A stretch of DNA of 64,000 bases. Origin: Octopus sinensis (Eukaryota). Positions 29,077 through 42,899 of this stretch are shown one piece after another (positions within the stretch are counted from its first letter, which is position 1; every line of letters starts with the position of its first letter). Location of the stretch: assembly GCF_006345805.1 (NCBI RefSeq), contig NC_042997.1:10602001-10666000 (forward strand), read 5' to 3'. A model generated the notes under the pieces. That model did not search any database. It was given only the letters and a program-made list of their open reading frames with translations, and was not told the origin of the DNA. A program made the position numbers and the translations under genes.

Positions 29077-29466
29077 GTTGTATATCTTGAAAGCATTTAC
29101 AGTTTAACTTCCCACTGTAACTATTCTTCGCTAACTCCACATCGCTGAGATCTTAAGAGAGGATAATTGATAGAGTGATCCGGTAGTTGAGAGGAGTAGA
29201 TTTAGTGAAACTATATTTAATGACAAGAGCATTGAAAACTAATTAGAAATAATCAATGCTTTGTGTACAAGAGAACATTAGTCTGGCGGGTTAATATTGA
29301 ATAATTTCTCTCGGCAATTTATTGAATAAGGAACTGAGTTACACTATAAGCTTTTTGATGGTACAATCTGATATTAACAAACAAAATATATCCAATACTT
29401 AATTCATGTTTTAAGGCAGCGAGCTAGCAGAAACGTTAGCACGCCGGGCGAAATGCTTAGCGATAC

Positions 29467-29700
29467 TTACTCTTTTACTTGTTTCAGTCATTTGGCTGCG
29501 GCCATGCTAAAGCACCGCGTTTTAGTCGAGCAAATCGACCGCAGGACTTATTTTTTGTAAGCCTAGTACCTATTCTATCAGTCTGTTTTGCCGAACCGCT
29601 AAGTTACGGGGTCGTAAAAACACCAGCATCGTTTGTCAAGCGATGTAGGGGAGACAAACACACTCAAACAAATATATACACACACATACATACATATATT

Positions 29701-29734
<34 letters not shown>

Positions 29735-29908
29735 GACATATATACGACGGGCTTCTTTCAGTTTCTGTCTACCAATTCCACTCACAAGGCTTTGGTCGGC
29801 CCGAGGCTTTAGTAGAAGACACTTGCCCAAGGTGCCACACAGTGGGACTGAACCCGGAACCATGTGGTTGAGAAGCAAGCTTCTTACTACATAGCCACTC
29901 CTGCGCCT
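29467..29908 (-). mobile_element. SINE family 1, abutting a family 2 head (29414-29466, plus)
   Basis: Full family 1 copy. The preceding AGGCAGCGAGCTAGCAGAAACGTTAGCACGCCGGGCGAAATGCTTAGCG is a family 2 head. Confidence 0.88.
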
Positions 29909-30639
29909 AATTCATATTTTCTCTTTTCTTTTTCAAATATTTTTAATATATGAAAAAGCATAAAAATCACCGTCTGAATGAGCTTGAGTCCTTCATCCGA
30001 CACTGGAACTTGATACGTTCTAAAACCCAATTTCTGCGTAAAACCCGAGCAGTTCAGTGGTGGAGTACCGATCCAACTAATATTTGATTTTTCTTGTAGG
30101 ACCTTGGCCTGTTCGGCACAAATGTCACTATTTTTTGTTGTAGAAATGATTGCAGAGTAGGAAGAGATGTAAACCTGTCAGATAGAAAGACATCGATCTC
30201 TTCCACTTTACTTAGCTTATTGATTTAATTTGAAAGAGAAAAATTTATCTCAACATTCAATCTGCCTTGATCTACAAATATCGGTTCTTATTTATAGAGA
30301 GAAGATTCCATTATCATTTGTTCAGAAAGATTAAGACCATATCTTACTAAATGCACCCAACTTCAAAAGCATTCTCTACTATCATAAACAATAAACAAAA
30401 CAGCTTACCTATAATTTATGTCTAGATCGTAATCAAATACTCGGCCTATAACCGACGGGGTTTAATTTCCCTATTAAATAATAAATCGCTAATGTAAGCT
30501 TTAAACTTCAACATTTGTGAGTTACTTTAAAAATCGAATTATGTTGTTTAGTTCAATCTTATGTTTATTGTTAATGGAAAGAATACTGATTTGTGAGTCT
30601 GTAGCATTACATCATATTTGTGTGTGTGTGTGTGTGTGT

Positions 30640-30678
<39 letters not shown>

Positions 30679-31464
30679 TGTGTGTGTGTGAGTTTGTATT
30701 TATGTATGTATTTCAATTTGAAGTAGTTACTATATTTATTTTACTAAAATAAAAAAATGAATCTTCTGTGTTAAGCGAACTGTAAAGGAAGCAACGTTTC
30801 AGTCAATATTTAAAAGTTGGTTAACTTACTAAAAGATCGAATTCCGAGAACTTTCAGAAAACACTACATCAATGTAGTTATGTATATTAAAAGAATCTGT
30901 ATTCTCCGGTGCAAATTTTAAAAATATTTTGCAGCGTCTAGTTTATATTTTATTCTATTTCTTATTATACATGTTTATTGTAATTTTTTTCTTTTTTGAT
31001 ATAATAATTTCATTTTAGTAAGATATTTTCGAAAACTGTTTTGTTTCCTAAGCACTTTCAATTATTTTATTTATTTATTTATTTATTTTTTTAATAGAAA
31101 TCAATATATCGGTTTGGAAATGATTTTAACTGTCTCTTTTATTTCTCTTTAACATATACACATATATAAATTGCAAACGCAAATACAGCCGTATAGACAA
31201 ATGGACACACTCATAGAAACACACGCATACTCACACACATGCACATGCACATAAGTATGTGTATGTATATGCATCTGTAAGCACACGGATATGCGTAATC
31301 TGTAGAATATACGCATAAATATATATATATACAGAGAGACACACACACTCACACACACGCACACACGCACACATACACACACACACACACACATATATAT
31401 ATAGGGGTGTCTGTAAATAGATGCTACATGTGTGTTTGTATCTGTGTGCATGTATATATATATG

Positions 31465-31509
<45 letters not shown>

Positions 31510-31634
31510 GCACATATGCATATATGCGCACATATGCATATATCCATACTCCCATGTACACACATGCAAATATGTGTACGCAAGTATGCATACGTATGTA
31601 TATGTATATATGCATGTGTACGTATATAAATATA

Positions 31635-32922
31635 AAGGGGGGGAAGCAAAATTTACAATGAACGTTAAGTTGTTTTTTCTCAGCAGGCACTAAGTTAATT
31701 GTTTTGAAACCTAGCATATATTGATATCGCAATCATACCTAACACTATTATCCTTACCTTTTCAGAAACTTTTGCCCATATGAGTAATCAGGAAAGCAAA
31801 TGTCAAAGAGTGTGTGATTTGCTGAATGCACTCGTCACACCAAAGTAGATTTCAAGAATAGTTGGAGTGTCCATAAAGACTGTTTATAATGTAAAGAATA
31901 GAATGACTACGAGCAAAATTATTACGAGGAAGTCTGGAAGTGGAGGAATCAACAAAAAACGTACCAAAGCTTTTATCAAGGCTCTCAAATCCAAAATCCT
32001 AAAGGATTCAACTCAATCCATGAGAAAAATTGCAATTGAGCTTGAGGTAGGCAACAAGACCATTAGAAATGCTGTAAAATATGATTTGAGGTTAAAATCT
32101 TACACAAGAACACCAAAACACTTGTTGACAACAGCTATGAAGGAAAAGAGATTGGAAAGGTGCAAGAAAATTATTACATGGTTCAAGAAAAAGTCCTCCA
32201 TTGTAACGATCTTTTCAGATGAAAAGATTTTCACTGTTGATGCTGTTCTGAACAGCAGAAACGACAGATTTATTGCAAAATCAACAGCTGAGGTTAAGGG
32301 GACATTTAAAACAAAACATCCTGCTCAAGTTATGGATTTTGGTATTGTGACTTCTGATGGAAAGAAAACGCCTATAAAACTCTACAAAGCTGATGAAAAG
32401 ATCAATGTTAATAATTACTGCAAGACTCTGAGATACCAGGTATTGCCATGGCTTAAAGCAAACTACCCAGATGGTAATTATGTATGTACACAGGATGATG
32501 CTCCAGTACACACAGCTAGAGAAATACAAGATTTCTGCAAATCCAACTTTAGCAATTTTTTGGAATCATGTTTATGGCCACCCTCTAACCCAGATCTAAA
32601 CCCTCTGGATTATGCTATTTGGGGCGTTTTAGAACATGCTACCAATAGAACATCATACAGCAATGTCGACTCTCTTAAAGATACTATTAAAGAAGAATGG
32701 GAGACTTTGTCTCCTGAATATTTGAGGAACACTTGTGCAAGTTTCAGGAAGCGTGTGAATGCAGATATTGAGAAAGAAGGAGGACACATAGAATAAAAAT
32801 ATTTTCTGTCATGTAAATTTTCTTGTGGCAAATAATTCTCATGACTTTCAATAAACTAATTGGTCATACAATGTCTTTCAATACCTGCCTCAAAATATTG
32901 TAAATTTTGCTTCCCCACCCTG
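31635..32922 (+). mobile_element. Full-length Tc1/mariner DD37D (maT-family) transposon, 1288 bp
   Basis: ~26-bp TIRs: left AAGGGGGGGAAGCAAAATTTACAAT, right reverse complement CAGGGTGGGGAAGCAAAATTTACAAT. TA on both sides. Confidence 0.95.
31780..32796 (+). pseudogene. DD37D transposase, 338 codons, single in-frame TAG at codon 23
   Basis: ATG 31780 is in frame with ORF 31867-32796, with TAG at 31846-31848. Motifs IFSDEKIF, QDDAPVH and WPPSNPDLNPLDY; 37 residues separate the second and third Asp. Confidence 0.92.
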
Positions 32923-32963
32923 TATATGTATGCATGCATGTGCGTGTGTGTAGATATGCGAGT

Positions 32964-33039
<76 letters not shown>

Positions 33040-34849
33040 ATATATATACACGGCGATATAGATACATGCATGTATCTATATTCTCCATATTAAAATGCCA
33101 AAGAGGACAATACAGTTTAAAGCAATATTGATTTGTAGGATCTTAAAGTTATATCGAGAAATTCCAAGGTTATTTTGTAATATTGAAAGTATTAATTAGT
33201 TGTTGATTAACGAAGATGTTGATATACTTTTAGTGAAATATAATGCAAAAATACAATGCTGTCGACTAACAAGATTTTGTACTTCGGCCTTCTTGGAATA
33301 CATACGTACATTCAATGTTATTTGTACATTTATGTGTGTGCTTGGCTATGTGTGTACGTGTGTGTGCGTGTTCGTGCGTGCGTTCGTGCGTGCGTGCGTA
33401 CATGTGTGTGTGTATTGATGTCTACTAGTGTTGGAAACCGCAGAAAATTATGGCAGCAGTAAATCGATAAACTAGTTTTCTTTTTCTTGGAGTCAATACA
33501 AAAATTAATAAAATTCATAATAAATGAAGTTTTCAAAAATTCATAAAAGAAAGAAAGAAAAAAAAAGAAGAAACGTGATGTCGAATGTCTTCATTTATTT
33601 CAATAAACAATCCAAAATGTCTGGGAAATCGATTGCATGCTTTCTTTTTTCAGTAAGAAAAACGAAATAATACTTGGCATTAATAGTTCTGGGGTTATTT
33701 GGATTCTACTTATCTCAAAAGACTTGGTTTACTGAATGCAGTATCTCTGAGGCAATGAATCCAACTAATGTTGTATTCATGTATAATCTTATCTTACCCT
33801 CAAAGCTACATATGCCTTATGTTTTTATAACAATTTCGCTTGGCCAACTAAGCTTTGAGTTTTCTTTTTCTGTCTTCTTTCTGCTTTTTTTTCTTACTTA
33901 AAGCCATCTTACAATTTGCAATATGTTGTCTTCTGAGACTGCGAGAAGGAAAATAAATTGCTACGTTCTAGAAGGTTAAACAAGATCATTCTGTCATCGT
34001 CCATTTTAAAGAAAATTATTCTTTGTCTCGTGTGGCATTTACTCATAACAATCATTTCTTCGGTGATTAACTGCAAACCCAAAGTTTTATAAAAGTTAAT
34101 CAAGATTACTCAACACTGTCTGATAATTCAGTATGAAGTACTGTGTTGTGCTATGAGTTACGAATATTTTCCTAGACTTTGTTAAGGCTCAAAATATTCA
34201 CTTGTTTATAAAATCAAGTATAAAACCAAAACGGTAAATCGCATGTCCCATTTAATGTGAGGATTATCACTGAAATCTCTGACTTTATACACACAACCAC
34301 ATATACACCCGCACACATGCACGTGCACGCATGCACATACATACATACATACATACATACAAACATACATACATACATACATACATATTGAAGCTTCACA
34401 CACTGTTACACAAAGTTTCACGTAACCAATCATCAGACAGTCGCAAGGTTCCGGAATAATATGATGGTTTATGTATGTTTTTAAATGATGCAGTGATAAT
34501 TATTAAGTAACTCATCAAATAAACATTTATGCCTGTTGAACAAGAAGTTGTTACGTTCGGAAACTATTGACTCTTTACAAAAAATGTAAACACTAATAAA
34601 TGGATCGAAATTGAAATAAAAATTGAGCAGAAGTCTCCCATTTATAAGTAAATAAATATATTAATTGCAGCAAAGGGGAAAAATTAGAAATTGAAAGTTA
34701 AAGAAAAATACGTCAAAAAAGATAAAAATTAAAATTAAAAATTAAGACAAGGACGAATAAGTATCACGAAAATCTAGTAAATGATGTATAAATTAAGTAA
34801 GGAAACCCATGGCAGGCAGAAAAGAAAGGGGTATCCCAACGAGGGAAAT

Positions 34850-36450
34850 GTTATTCCGAATTTTAAAGTTAGTCACTCCTATCTCCCACAACTGGAATGG
34901 AGATCGTGTCAGCGGGCGGCTTCACCCAAACTTCATTTTCGATCTCAACTGATGTAGGTCCTTCCTTTCCTCTAGTACCTGTAGGTGTTGTGCTTGAAAT
35001 GGTCTACAGGGACCCTTTCGAAGAATATTTAGTTCAGAACTCTAGTAATTCCAATAGCTCTCTCTGCCCCAATTTCTTAGCAAATAGCCACTCGCCTGGG
35101 CCCGCGTTCAATCGTGGTGTGATAGAACCCTTGCCAACAAAGCATCACATCCACCACCAACCACTTTGAAGGATATCTGGGCGTCGCTTAACAATCATTT
35201 CTGCAGCTCCAAATTCTCTTCTCGCGGGTTATTACTGATCTCACCCACCAAAGTACCAATCCCAGTCTCAGTTCGGAATTGGACATCACGCAACCCTTTC
35301 CCAAAAGCTAAATTTATTTTCTTCAACACGGCATCCAGCCCGATTATACTGATATGGTTGTAGTCATCTTCCTTTCAAAACCAGAAAGCATCCTCTGCCT
35401 CAATTTCACCTATTTTCAAGACCACTAACGATCGCTATACTACTAGCAGCTCACCATACAACAATTCTCTCTAACACAGAAACATACCAATTTTCTCACA
35501 CTGGATCCTTCTTTCTCACCCTCCCTAAGATACCCTTTGCCGTTGAATTTCTTCTATCTCCAGTTTTCTCTTCCCAGCTCGCTCCATATGCTCTCCTCTT
35601 CACATAGCTACTCGCAGTTCGGGGCCATATTGCATGCAACAATATGGTAATGACCAACCAGTTGCTCGCATATCAAAAACAGCTCTTGACAAAACAGATC
35701 ATCCTTCACTTCCTCTCTGAAACACCAGCTCATCCGACCTGCCTCAGTTCCAACGTTGACCTTTCCACAATAGACTCCGGTTGTTTGGAAGCCAAACCAA
35801 ATCCCTTCAGATAACCTATGACCACTACCGAGGTCATGAGTTACCACCATCTCGTCTGCCAAGATATTATTTATATAGGCGTAATGGCTCATTTCACTGC
35901 CTACAATTCTCAGAATCATCTTGAGAAATGCTTCTATGATCTTTGGTGCGGAGTTTGATCCAAAACCCAGTCTAGTCAAGCAGTACATTTTACTCGCTTA
36001 CTTACCCTCGTACAACAATAACTTGTATTTTCTACAACTTTTCGCCCACGAAAAGCTGTGGATCCGATCGGCTGACTTCAAATCACCTATTGTAGAAACA
36101 CCAGTCATTTGTATCCACCGTCACAAGGTCTATCTACTTACATCTACAGCCTCTCTTGTGTGTTTTGACATACCACATGGTCATTCAACTCCTAAAAGCC
36201 AGCACTGGCTGGAATTTATTCTTCGTTGGTTGAACAATTGCCATCAGTGGCAACATGCGTCTCTCCACTTCTTCCCCTCAAAGGCATTAAAATATCTTTC
36301 TAAATCTACCTCCATTTCCCTCTCAAATTAGGCTCTCACCCTGTCTTTTAAAGAGCCCTCGTGGCAACTTAATTTATATTTCAGCACTGGAGGCTCATCC
36401 TTCTCGGCCACTTGACTGACCATCGCTACCCTTGTCCTCAATGGTAAGAA
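34850..36450 (-). pseudogene. Decayed Gypsy-type LTR retrotransposon pol (RT plus RNase H)
   Basis: YCLTRLGFGSNSAPKI and YINNILADE (degenerate YIDD) form the RT region. Downstream VVW*AASSIA...EDAFWF*KEDDYNHISIIGLDAVLK resembles RNase H. No LTRs recognised. Confidence 0.75.
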
Positions 36451-36699
36451 GTAATTTAAACCGTTCATTGCAAACAAATAAAACAAGTTTATCGATGCTA
36501 CTGCTCTTTCTGTATACATTAGTGTTACTGTTGTTTTCATCATTCGATTTACCGTTTTAATTATTGGGCTGTTTAAGAGTTGTGTCCTTACGTTATTAGC
36601 TGAGACTGGTTACTCAACACGAATCTTTGGCTGAAAAACAAATGCTACCTATCGGACTATTGCAACCCTTATTCATAAATAATACAATCTGTCATAAAG

Positions 36700-36946
36700 G
36701 CACTTTATTTCACGTTGCTCCAGTTCACTCAGCTGTATAAATGAGTTGCGACGTCACAGGTTCCAAGCTGTATCGACCTTTGTCTTTCCCTTGGATAACA
36801 CTGGTGGCGTGGAGAGGGGAGGCTGGTATGCATAGGCGACTGCTGGTCTTCCATAAACAACCTTGCCCGGACTTGTGTCTAGGAGGGTAACTTTCTAGGT
36901 GCAATCCCATGGTCATTCATGACCGAAGGGGGTCTTTACCCTTTAC
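36700..36946 (+). mobile_element. 5'-truncated SINE family 3 (CORE/Meta-like domain), 7-bp TSD
   Basis: GCACTTTATTTCACGTTGCTCCAGTTCACTCAGCTGT..AAATGAGT domain, (CTTTACC)2 tail and TSD CATAAAG (36693-36699, 36947-36953). Confidence 0.75.
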
Positions 36947-39900
36947 CATAAAGAATAACAAAATAAGTTATTTATTTTAGAGCCTTGTGAAGAAAAAATA
37001 TATCTTAGATTGTGGATGATGGCATCAGCACAAAACATTAAACTTTTCTTGACCTCACTAATCAATCTCAATTTTTTAATAATTTTATGAATTTAATTGA
37101 CTCTTGCCAATAAATATCACCAAATGCATGGTCCGATTGTAATGAATATATTTCAATATAGCTGGCATTTAACACAACCAATATTCTTCACCAGTTATAT
37201 ATTTTTTCAAGTTCTTATATTATTCTTATATTATTCAAATACACTTGATATATCAGGTCGTTAATTATTCCAGTCATTCAATTGATTGTCAACTCGTGTT
37301 TCATTTGTTGTTTTTGATATTTTTGTGTTTTCTATTTTTGTTATCATCGGAACAATTTACCGAAATTGTTTTAATAATTTGCACTTTACAACTTCATTAA
37401 TTAACAACATCTGACGGTTGTTCCAGTACTATGGCCTAGTCGATTAATTTTCATCGATCACATTTTCTCTAACACGAATAGGCGAGAATGTTCGCATTCT
37501 CAAAGGGAAAATATAAGCAAAGTTAGAGCAAACATCTTTTCACCGACAACCATGTGATAAAGGAAAGAGTTCAAAGTGAATCATGAAAACAGAGATCTAC
37601 CCTACGTAATTACTATTTCTTGTATTGGAGAACTGATATATAATTAAATGTAAGACAAGGTGATCCGGTTGTAACTTCAACATGGATTGCAACTAAGAAA
37701 ACTAAATACCACAAAGGGTTTAATTTATCTTTATTATATCTGCCAATTCATCGACCGTACTACCAGTGAAGTAATTATTTATACACAGTAAAATTCTTAT
37801 ACGAATTTTTGATAGGATATAACGTTCAGGTCTTCCAAAATCACGTTAATTATTTACTTCTAGATTTTCTCCACTAGCTTGATCTCTTATCAGATATTAA
37901 TTCCGTACGTAGATATAACAACTTAGATAATCGAAAAGGATAAGCTGGGGATTGTGTGATTCATACTTTTTTGGAATAGTATTAATGATGGAAGTAAATA
38001 TGATATATTTATAATACGAAATCGAAACCGAGATGGACGATCATCACGTCCAAAATTATTCTTGACTAAAACGCATTTGCAACGCCGTGCGAAACAGGTT
38101 CATATACCAACAAAAGTAATTCAATACGGTTACTCATTTATTTTGTTAGAAAGAACAGCCCAAATTCCCTTACACTTCATTCTAACGTGAAGAGAGGGAT
38201 AACATGGTTTTAAATGCGATTTGCCAAGGAAAAAGAAAGACTTGTCACTTCTGATATCATTTTCCTAAAGCAAAAGTCCTTGTATTACTAGAAAAGTGAG
38301 ATGCAATATTGTAACGTCCATATATTTTCCTAAAGGCACTTTCTAATAGAAGAGAATCAATGTAATAATAGATAGAAACTGATATCTTCTTTGGGTTCGT
38401 CAGAGAAAACAGGTCAGAGCCTATGACCATTTTCAGGAACTCATCATTGATAAGAGAAAAGGAGAAAGTTATTCTCACATAGAGACTTATCCCGAATACT
38501 GAAACAGAATGTTCTTCGTTAAAGGCACTCAAGGATCAACTGATGTGTTAAACCAAAAGACAGATGGAAAGCTAAGGTATTCAACATATCTTGCAAGATT
38601 ATATTTGGTACCTTTTGACAAGGCATAAAGTCATATGTTTTTATGAAAAAGAAATTTGATACTGAAATATTCAAACCTTTGCCAAGATCATTTGTGGAGT
38701 CTGAAACAGCGTCGTTGTCTCAAATTAAAGAAGCGTTTCTTCGTGCATGATATTTGTTAAATTTCCAGTTAAATATCCCATCATTCAAGCATTTTGTGGG
38801 ACACACGGTCAAGTTCTTCTTTTGCCACTGCTTCCGTATTTGGGTTGCTGATCACAGTACACTTCTTCCTATACATAAGTACACTTTCGTTTGCATAAAT
38901 ACTTACCTACTTTCCATTGAGCCAATAAGGAGAACCCTCATGCATATGCTCGACCTGTTAGAAATTGCAAGCAAATTCTTCTAATTCACTCAATGCTATC
39001 TATTGAATCGTTTATGTACATAGTGAAGTGCTTATTCTATTAACGCTGGGCTCGTAAGTATCAAAGTCCATCCCCAAAGAAATTTGAACTTCAGAAGAAC
39101 AAGAACAAAACCTAAACATTGAAATAGTTTTAGGTTGTCGTTCCACCATTACTCTATCGTCAGCATCCTATAAAGCTAAGTATGTTATTATCTGAGTGGA
39201 ATAATGTTTATCTAAACATAAATTTCAAATAAAGATGTAGATATGTGTCATTACATTTGTTCATTATGATGAATTGCGCTAGATTTACATCAAATATATA
39301 TTTATTTCGTATACAGAACCGACATAAATAGATTGGGTTGGTTTTTTTAATGGTTTCTAAAAACCATTTATGCAGCTAACAACCGAAGAGATGCAGCAGA
39401 GTACCTCCTGTTAATTTATTGCTCCATCGACATTAAATTATTTCGCTAATAGAGTGAACAAACAAAAAGTACCATAAACGACAGAAAATAATTTTAAATA
39501 AATTAACTCAGACTGTTCTGTTTCTGAGTGTTTTAAAACCAATGTTGTTTTAAAACAAACTGAGAGAATTATTATCAGTATATGTTGAAATTTACAGTTC
39601 GCTTTTCTTGTACGCTCTGTCAAAATATATTTTATTTTAGTAACGAATCCTTAGTTTCTTATATTGCCTTAAGAAGTAATCGTTGAGTAGGGATAGGTAT
39701 GAAATAGTTAAACACGAAACTGCGAGAACTTGTAACTTGCAGCAAGAGAACAAAACTTAACACCACTAATTTATACATTCAGAATTTAAAAAAATAAAAG
39801 CATTTTGTTACTGAAGCACAAGGTAACAGTATAATTTAGATAAACTTAAGTGACAGCATTCTATAGATAACGTGATAGATAAGATGGCGAAAACCAGTAA

Positions 39901-40077
39901 ATTACCGTCATGTATTGAAACATAGTAAAGTTCAATGCAACATTGAGGGTACAACTGCTCGTTAAGTCATTTGACTTGAATACTATTTTATTTAAATTAT
40001 AAATCCGACCATTCCTGTTAAGATATATCCTCACCTATTTTTCCTAATTCAGGCAATTAAGTACTTGTTCCTGTTAG

Positions 40078-41460
40078 GTTTCGGCCAAAAGTTGACCCAA
40101 GTCATTTCTAACTTAATAGCAGCCTAATAATAGAGTTTGTTAAGTCATTTTTCAGTCAGGTTTTGTGGTATCACTGCCCAATCAAGTAGAGTGTTGTTGC
40201 TGATTGAGATGTATCCAGGTAGAGCTGGCTTTTCTGATATCCCTTGAAACAATTTGCCCAGATATCGTTTAAAGGTGGGATCTTTTTCTCCTTCGATCTG
40301 TTTTAGAATAATGTTAAATAGAGCAGGGCCTGTTGAGGGAAAAAAAGTGCTGCAATGTATTTATATGTTGTAAGCCTGAATTGTATAGGGGATGAATGGT
40401 ACAGGGCCAGAACCTTGGATGAATTTTGAATTTAATGTTTAGGTCGTTTTCGAAATGTTAGTGGCATGTTCTCCACACTGGGTAGATGATGTAGCGTTCA
40501 CGGCGGCGATGGAGAGAATAAAGTTTCAGTGTTTTAAGTGAGTCCTAAAAATCAAGATCAGTCATGCCTTTATTTATTTACTCTTTTTTTCTTTAGTGGT
40601 TGCTTTCTGAAGTTACTCAATTCTCGTAATATTTTGTTTGGTGTAGATAGAACGCAATAGATAGCAGTATTGTGGGTGTAGCCCTACGAAATATGAGAAA
40701 AGGGACTGATTGCATCTGGCTCTCTAGACGGGAAATTTCTGAGGATACAGAAGTTCATCCTACGAGCCACATCGACTTTATTGCTGATGTTTGAGCGCTC
40801 CAGTCGAGGTTGTTGTCAGCAATTACTTCTAAGTTCCTAATATTATTGGATGTCCTGAGTAGTTCAACAGGAAGAAGAAAATATAGTTGTTTGGGCGCAT
40901 TCTCTTTTCCAAATGCATGAGTTCAAATTGACCTTCATTTAACAGTCTGTTGTTTTTATCCACCCAATGACTAACGCAATGCAAATCAAACTGGCGTTTA
41001 GTTCAGACTGCTTCCCCATCGATAATGTTTTGAAGTTTGGAATCATCTGCGAATATTTTTATTTTGTTGTGTTTGATGACGCATGAGATATCATTTATAT
41101 AGACTATAAAGAGAAGCAGGCCTAAAACTATCCCCTGAGGAATACCACTGGTTACATATACTTGGTTTGAGTGAATTCCATTGATTGTAATATGTAATAA
41201 CCAGAAAATACGTAATCCAGTAGAGCAGTTTACCACAGATACTAATATTGGACAATTTTAACAGGAAGAAGTTCTTGACTCTGTCGAAGGCTTTGCTGAA
41301 GCTAAGATATATATAATCATCAGATTTCGAACCTGTTCCAAAAGTTTTATGGATGTCGCCGATGTGATGTAATCGCTGTGTTAGGCAAACTCTGCGGCAG
41401 CGAAAGCCATTTTGGTTGGAATTTAGAAGGCTGTGACTCTCCAACAAGCCAGTTAACAAT
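40078..41460 (-). pseudogene. 5'-truncated CR1-clade LINE (RT domain plus 3' end)
   Basis: LNSNQNGFR, YLSFSKAFDRV, VTSGIPQGIVLGLLLFIVYIND and IFADDSKL motifs, frameshifted. Confidence 0.88.
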
Positions 41461-41519
41461 TTATTTTGTCAATTAAAAGGAAAATTCAAGAAAAAGTCAG
41501 TACTTGTGGGGATTTAAAA

Positions 41520-41730
41520 TATTGCTTTCAAATTTGACACAAGGCCAGAAATTTCTGGGATGGGGTTAAATCGATAGTATTGACACCAGTGCTCAGCTGG
41601 TACTATTTTATGGATCCCAAAAGGATGGAAGGCAAAGTCTGCCTCGACGGATTTTGAACTCAGAACGTAAAAGACGGACAAAATGCCACAAAGTATTTTG
41701 GCTGGCGTACTAACGATTCTACCAGCTAGC
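41520..41730 (-). mobile_element. SINE family 2
   Basis: AAGGATGGAAGGCAAAGTC and GAACTCAGAACGTAAA are the reverse complement of family 2. Confidence 0.8.
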
Positions 41731-42388
41731 TGTCATGAGGATTAGAAATACTAACACCCGCTTTTTGCCGTTTGAGCATGTAACGAATTAAATTTTAAAG
41801 ACATTAAGAAAGACACGTGAACAGTATGAATGAAATTGCTTCCATTGTTAATTCAGAGAATTGTGCCTACAATCAAGGTCAATGCAGCATTGAGTGTACA
41901 ACTGCTCATTAAGTCATTTGACTTGAATACTATTTTGTCTAAATTCTAAATCCGACCGTTCCTGTTAACATATATTCTCACCTATTTTTCCTCTAATTCA
42001 GGCAATTAAGTACTTGTTCTTGTTAGCAAATTGACAACTCAGGTAATAGATAGAATAAAAAATCAGACTATGATCCGATTAACAGATTTATGATATAATT
42101 CTGTTTAAATCTAGTTATATTTTCAAGGATAAAACAAATTAAACTGGATTAAGAGAGGAAGAGTGATTTAAATAATCAGTTGTATGCAATGTATGTAATA
42201 GATAGGAGAAGCAGTAGATGTATCAGTGAATCTGAGCATGTATCAGAATACTATACTTACCTATAAACTATTATTTTAACCAGAGTCAATATATCTCCCT
42301 CCTAAATTAGAATAATACCACTTTGAAACCAAGATACTTTGGTTTATTCAACTGGTCTTCTAAAAAAAACACGAAAGATGTTACGTAT

Positions 42389-42899
42389 TCAGTCATTTAT
42401 TTCATATGGTAAACAGTAGCAACTAACGTCCTTTTAAAACTAATCAAAAAAGGGTTTTGCAAATAGGCTGTTCATTAAATATCATTTAATCATCTTGAAT
42501 GTGATTTTCCTTCCAGTTAATACCACTTAATTAACATTTAATGATAATTTGAATTAACGCGACACCTGAAACATATGATATGACATATCATTCAGTGCCT
42601 TTTGAAGTTGATAACCGACATTACTAAAAGTTAATAACACACCCAAGTAACTATTATTTCTAGGATTTTCGATTGCATTTAAGAATAAAAAGATGGTCAC
42701 CAGAAAGAAGAAACATAGTAATAAGACAAGGTCCATAATTACAAACTGAATCGTTGTAGTGAATTCTCTGGCATTTTATAAGAAACGAGTTACAATTTTG
42801 ACATATATTCAATATGAACAGCCTATTTGCAAAACCCTTTTTTGATTAGTTTTAAAGGACGTTAGTTGCTACTGTTCACCATATGAAAGAAATGAGTGA
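42389..42899. mobile_element. MITE with ~87-bp terminal inverted repeats
   Basis: 42389-42475 and 42814-42899 are near-perfect reverse complements around a ~340-bp non-coding spacer. Confidence 0.85.

Larger units (their letters stand above)
39928..42026. repeat. ~150-bp direct repeat pair (39928-40077 and 41875-42026)
   Basis: The two segments align end to end (AAG.TCAATGCA.CATTGAG...GTACTTGTTC.TGTTAG) with scattered mismatches. Confidence 0.92.
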
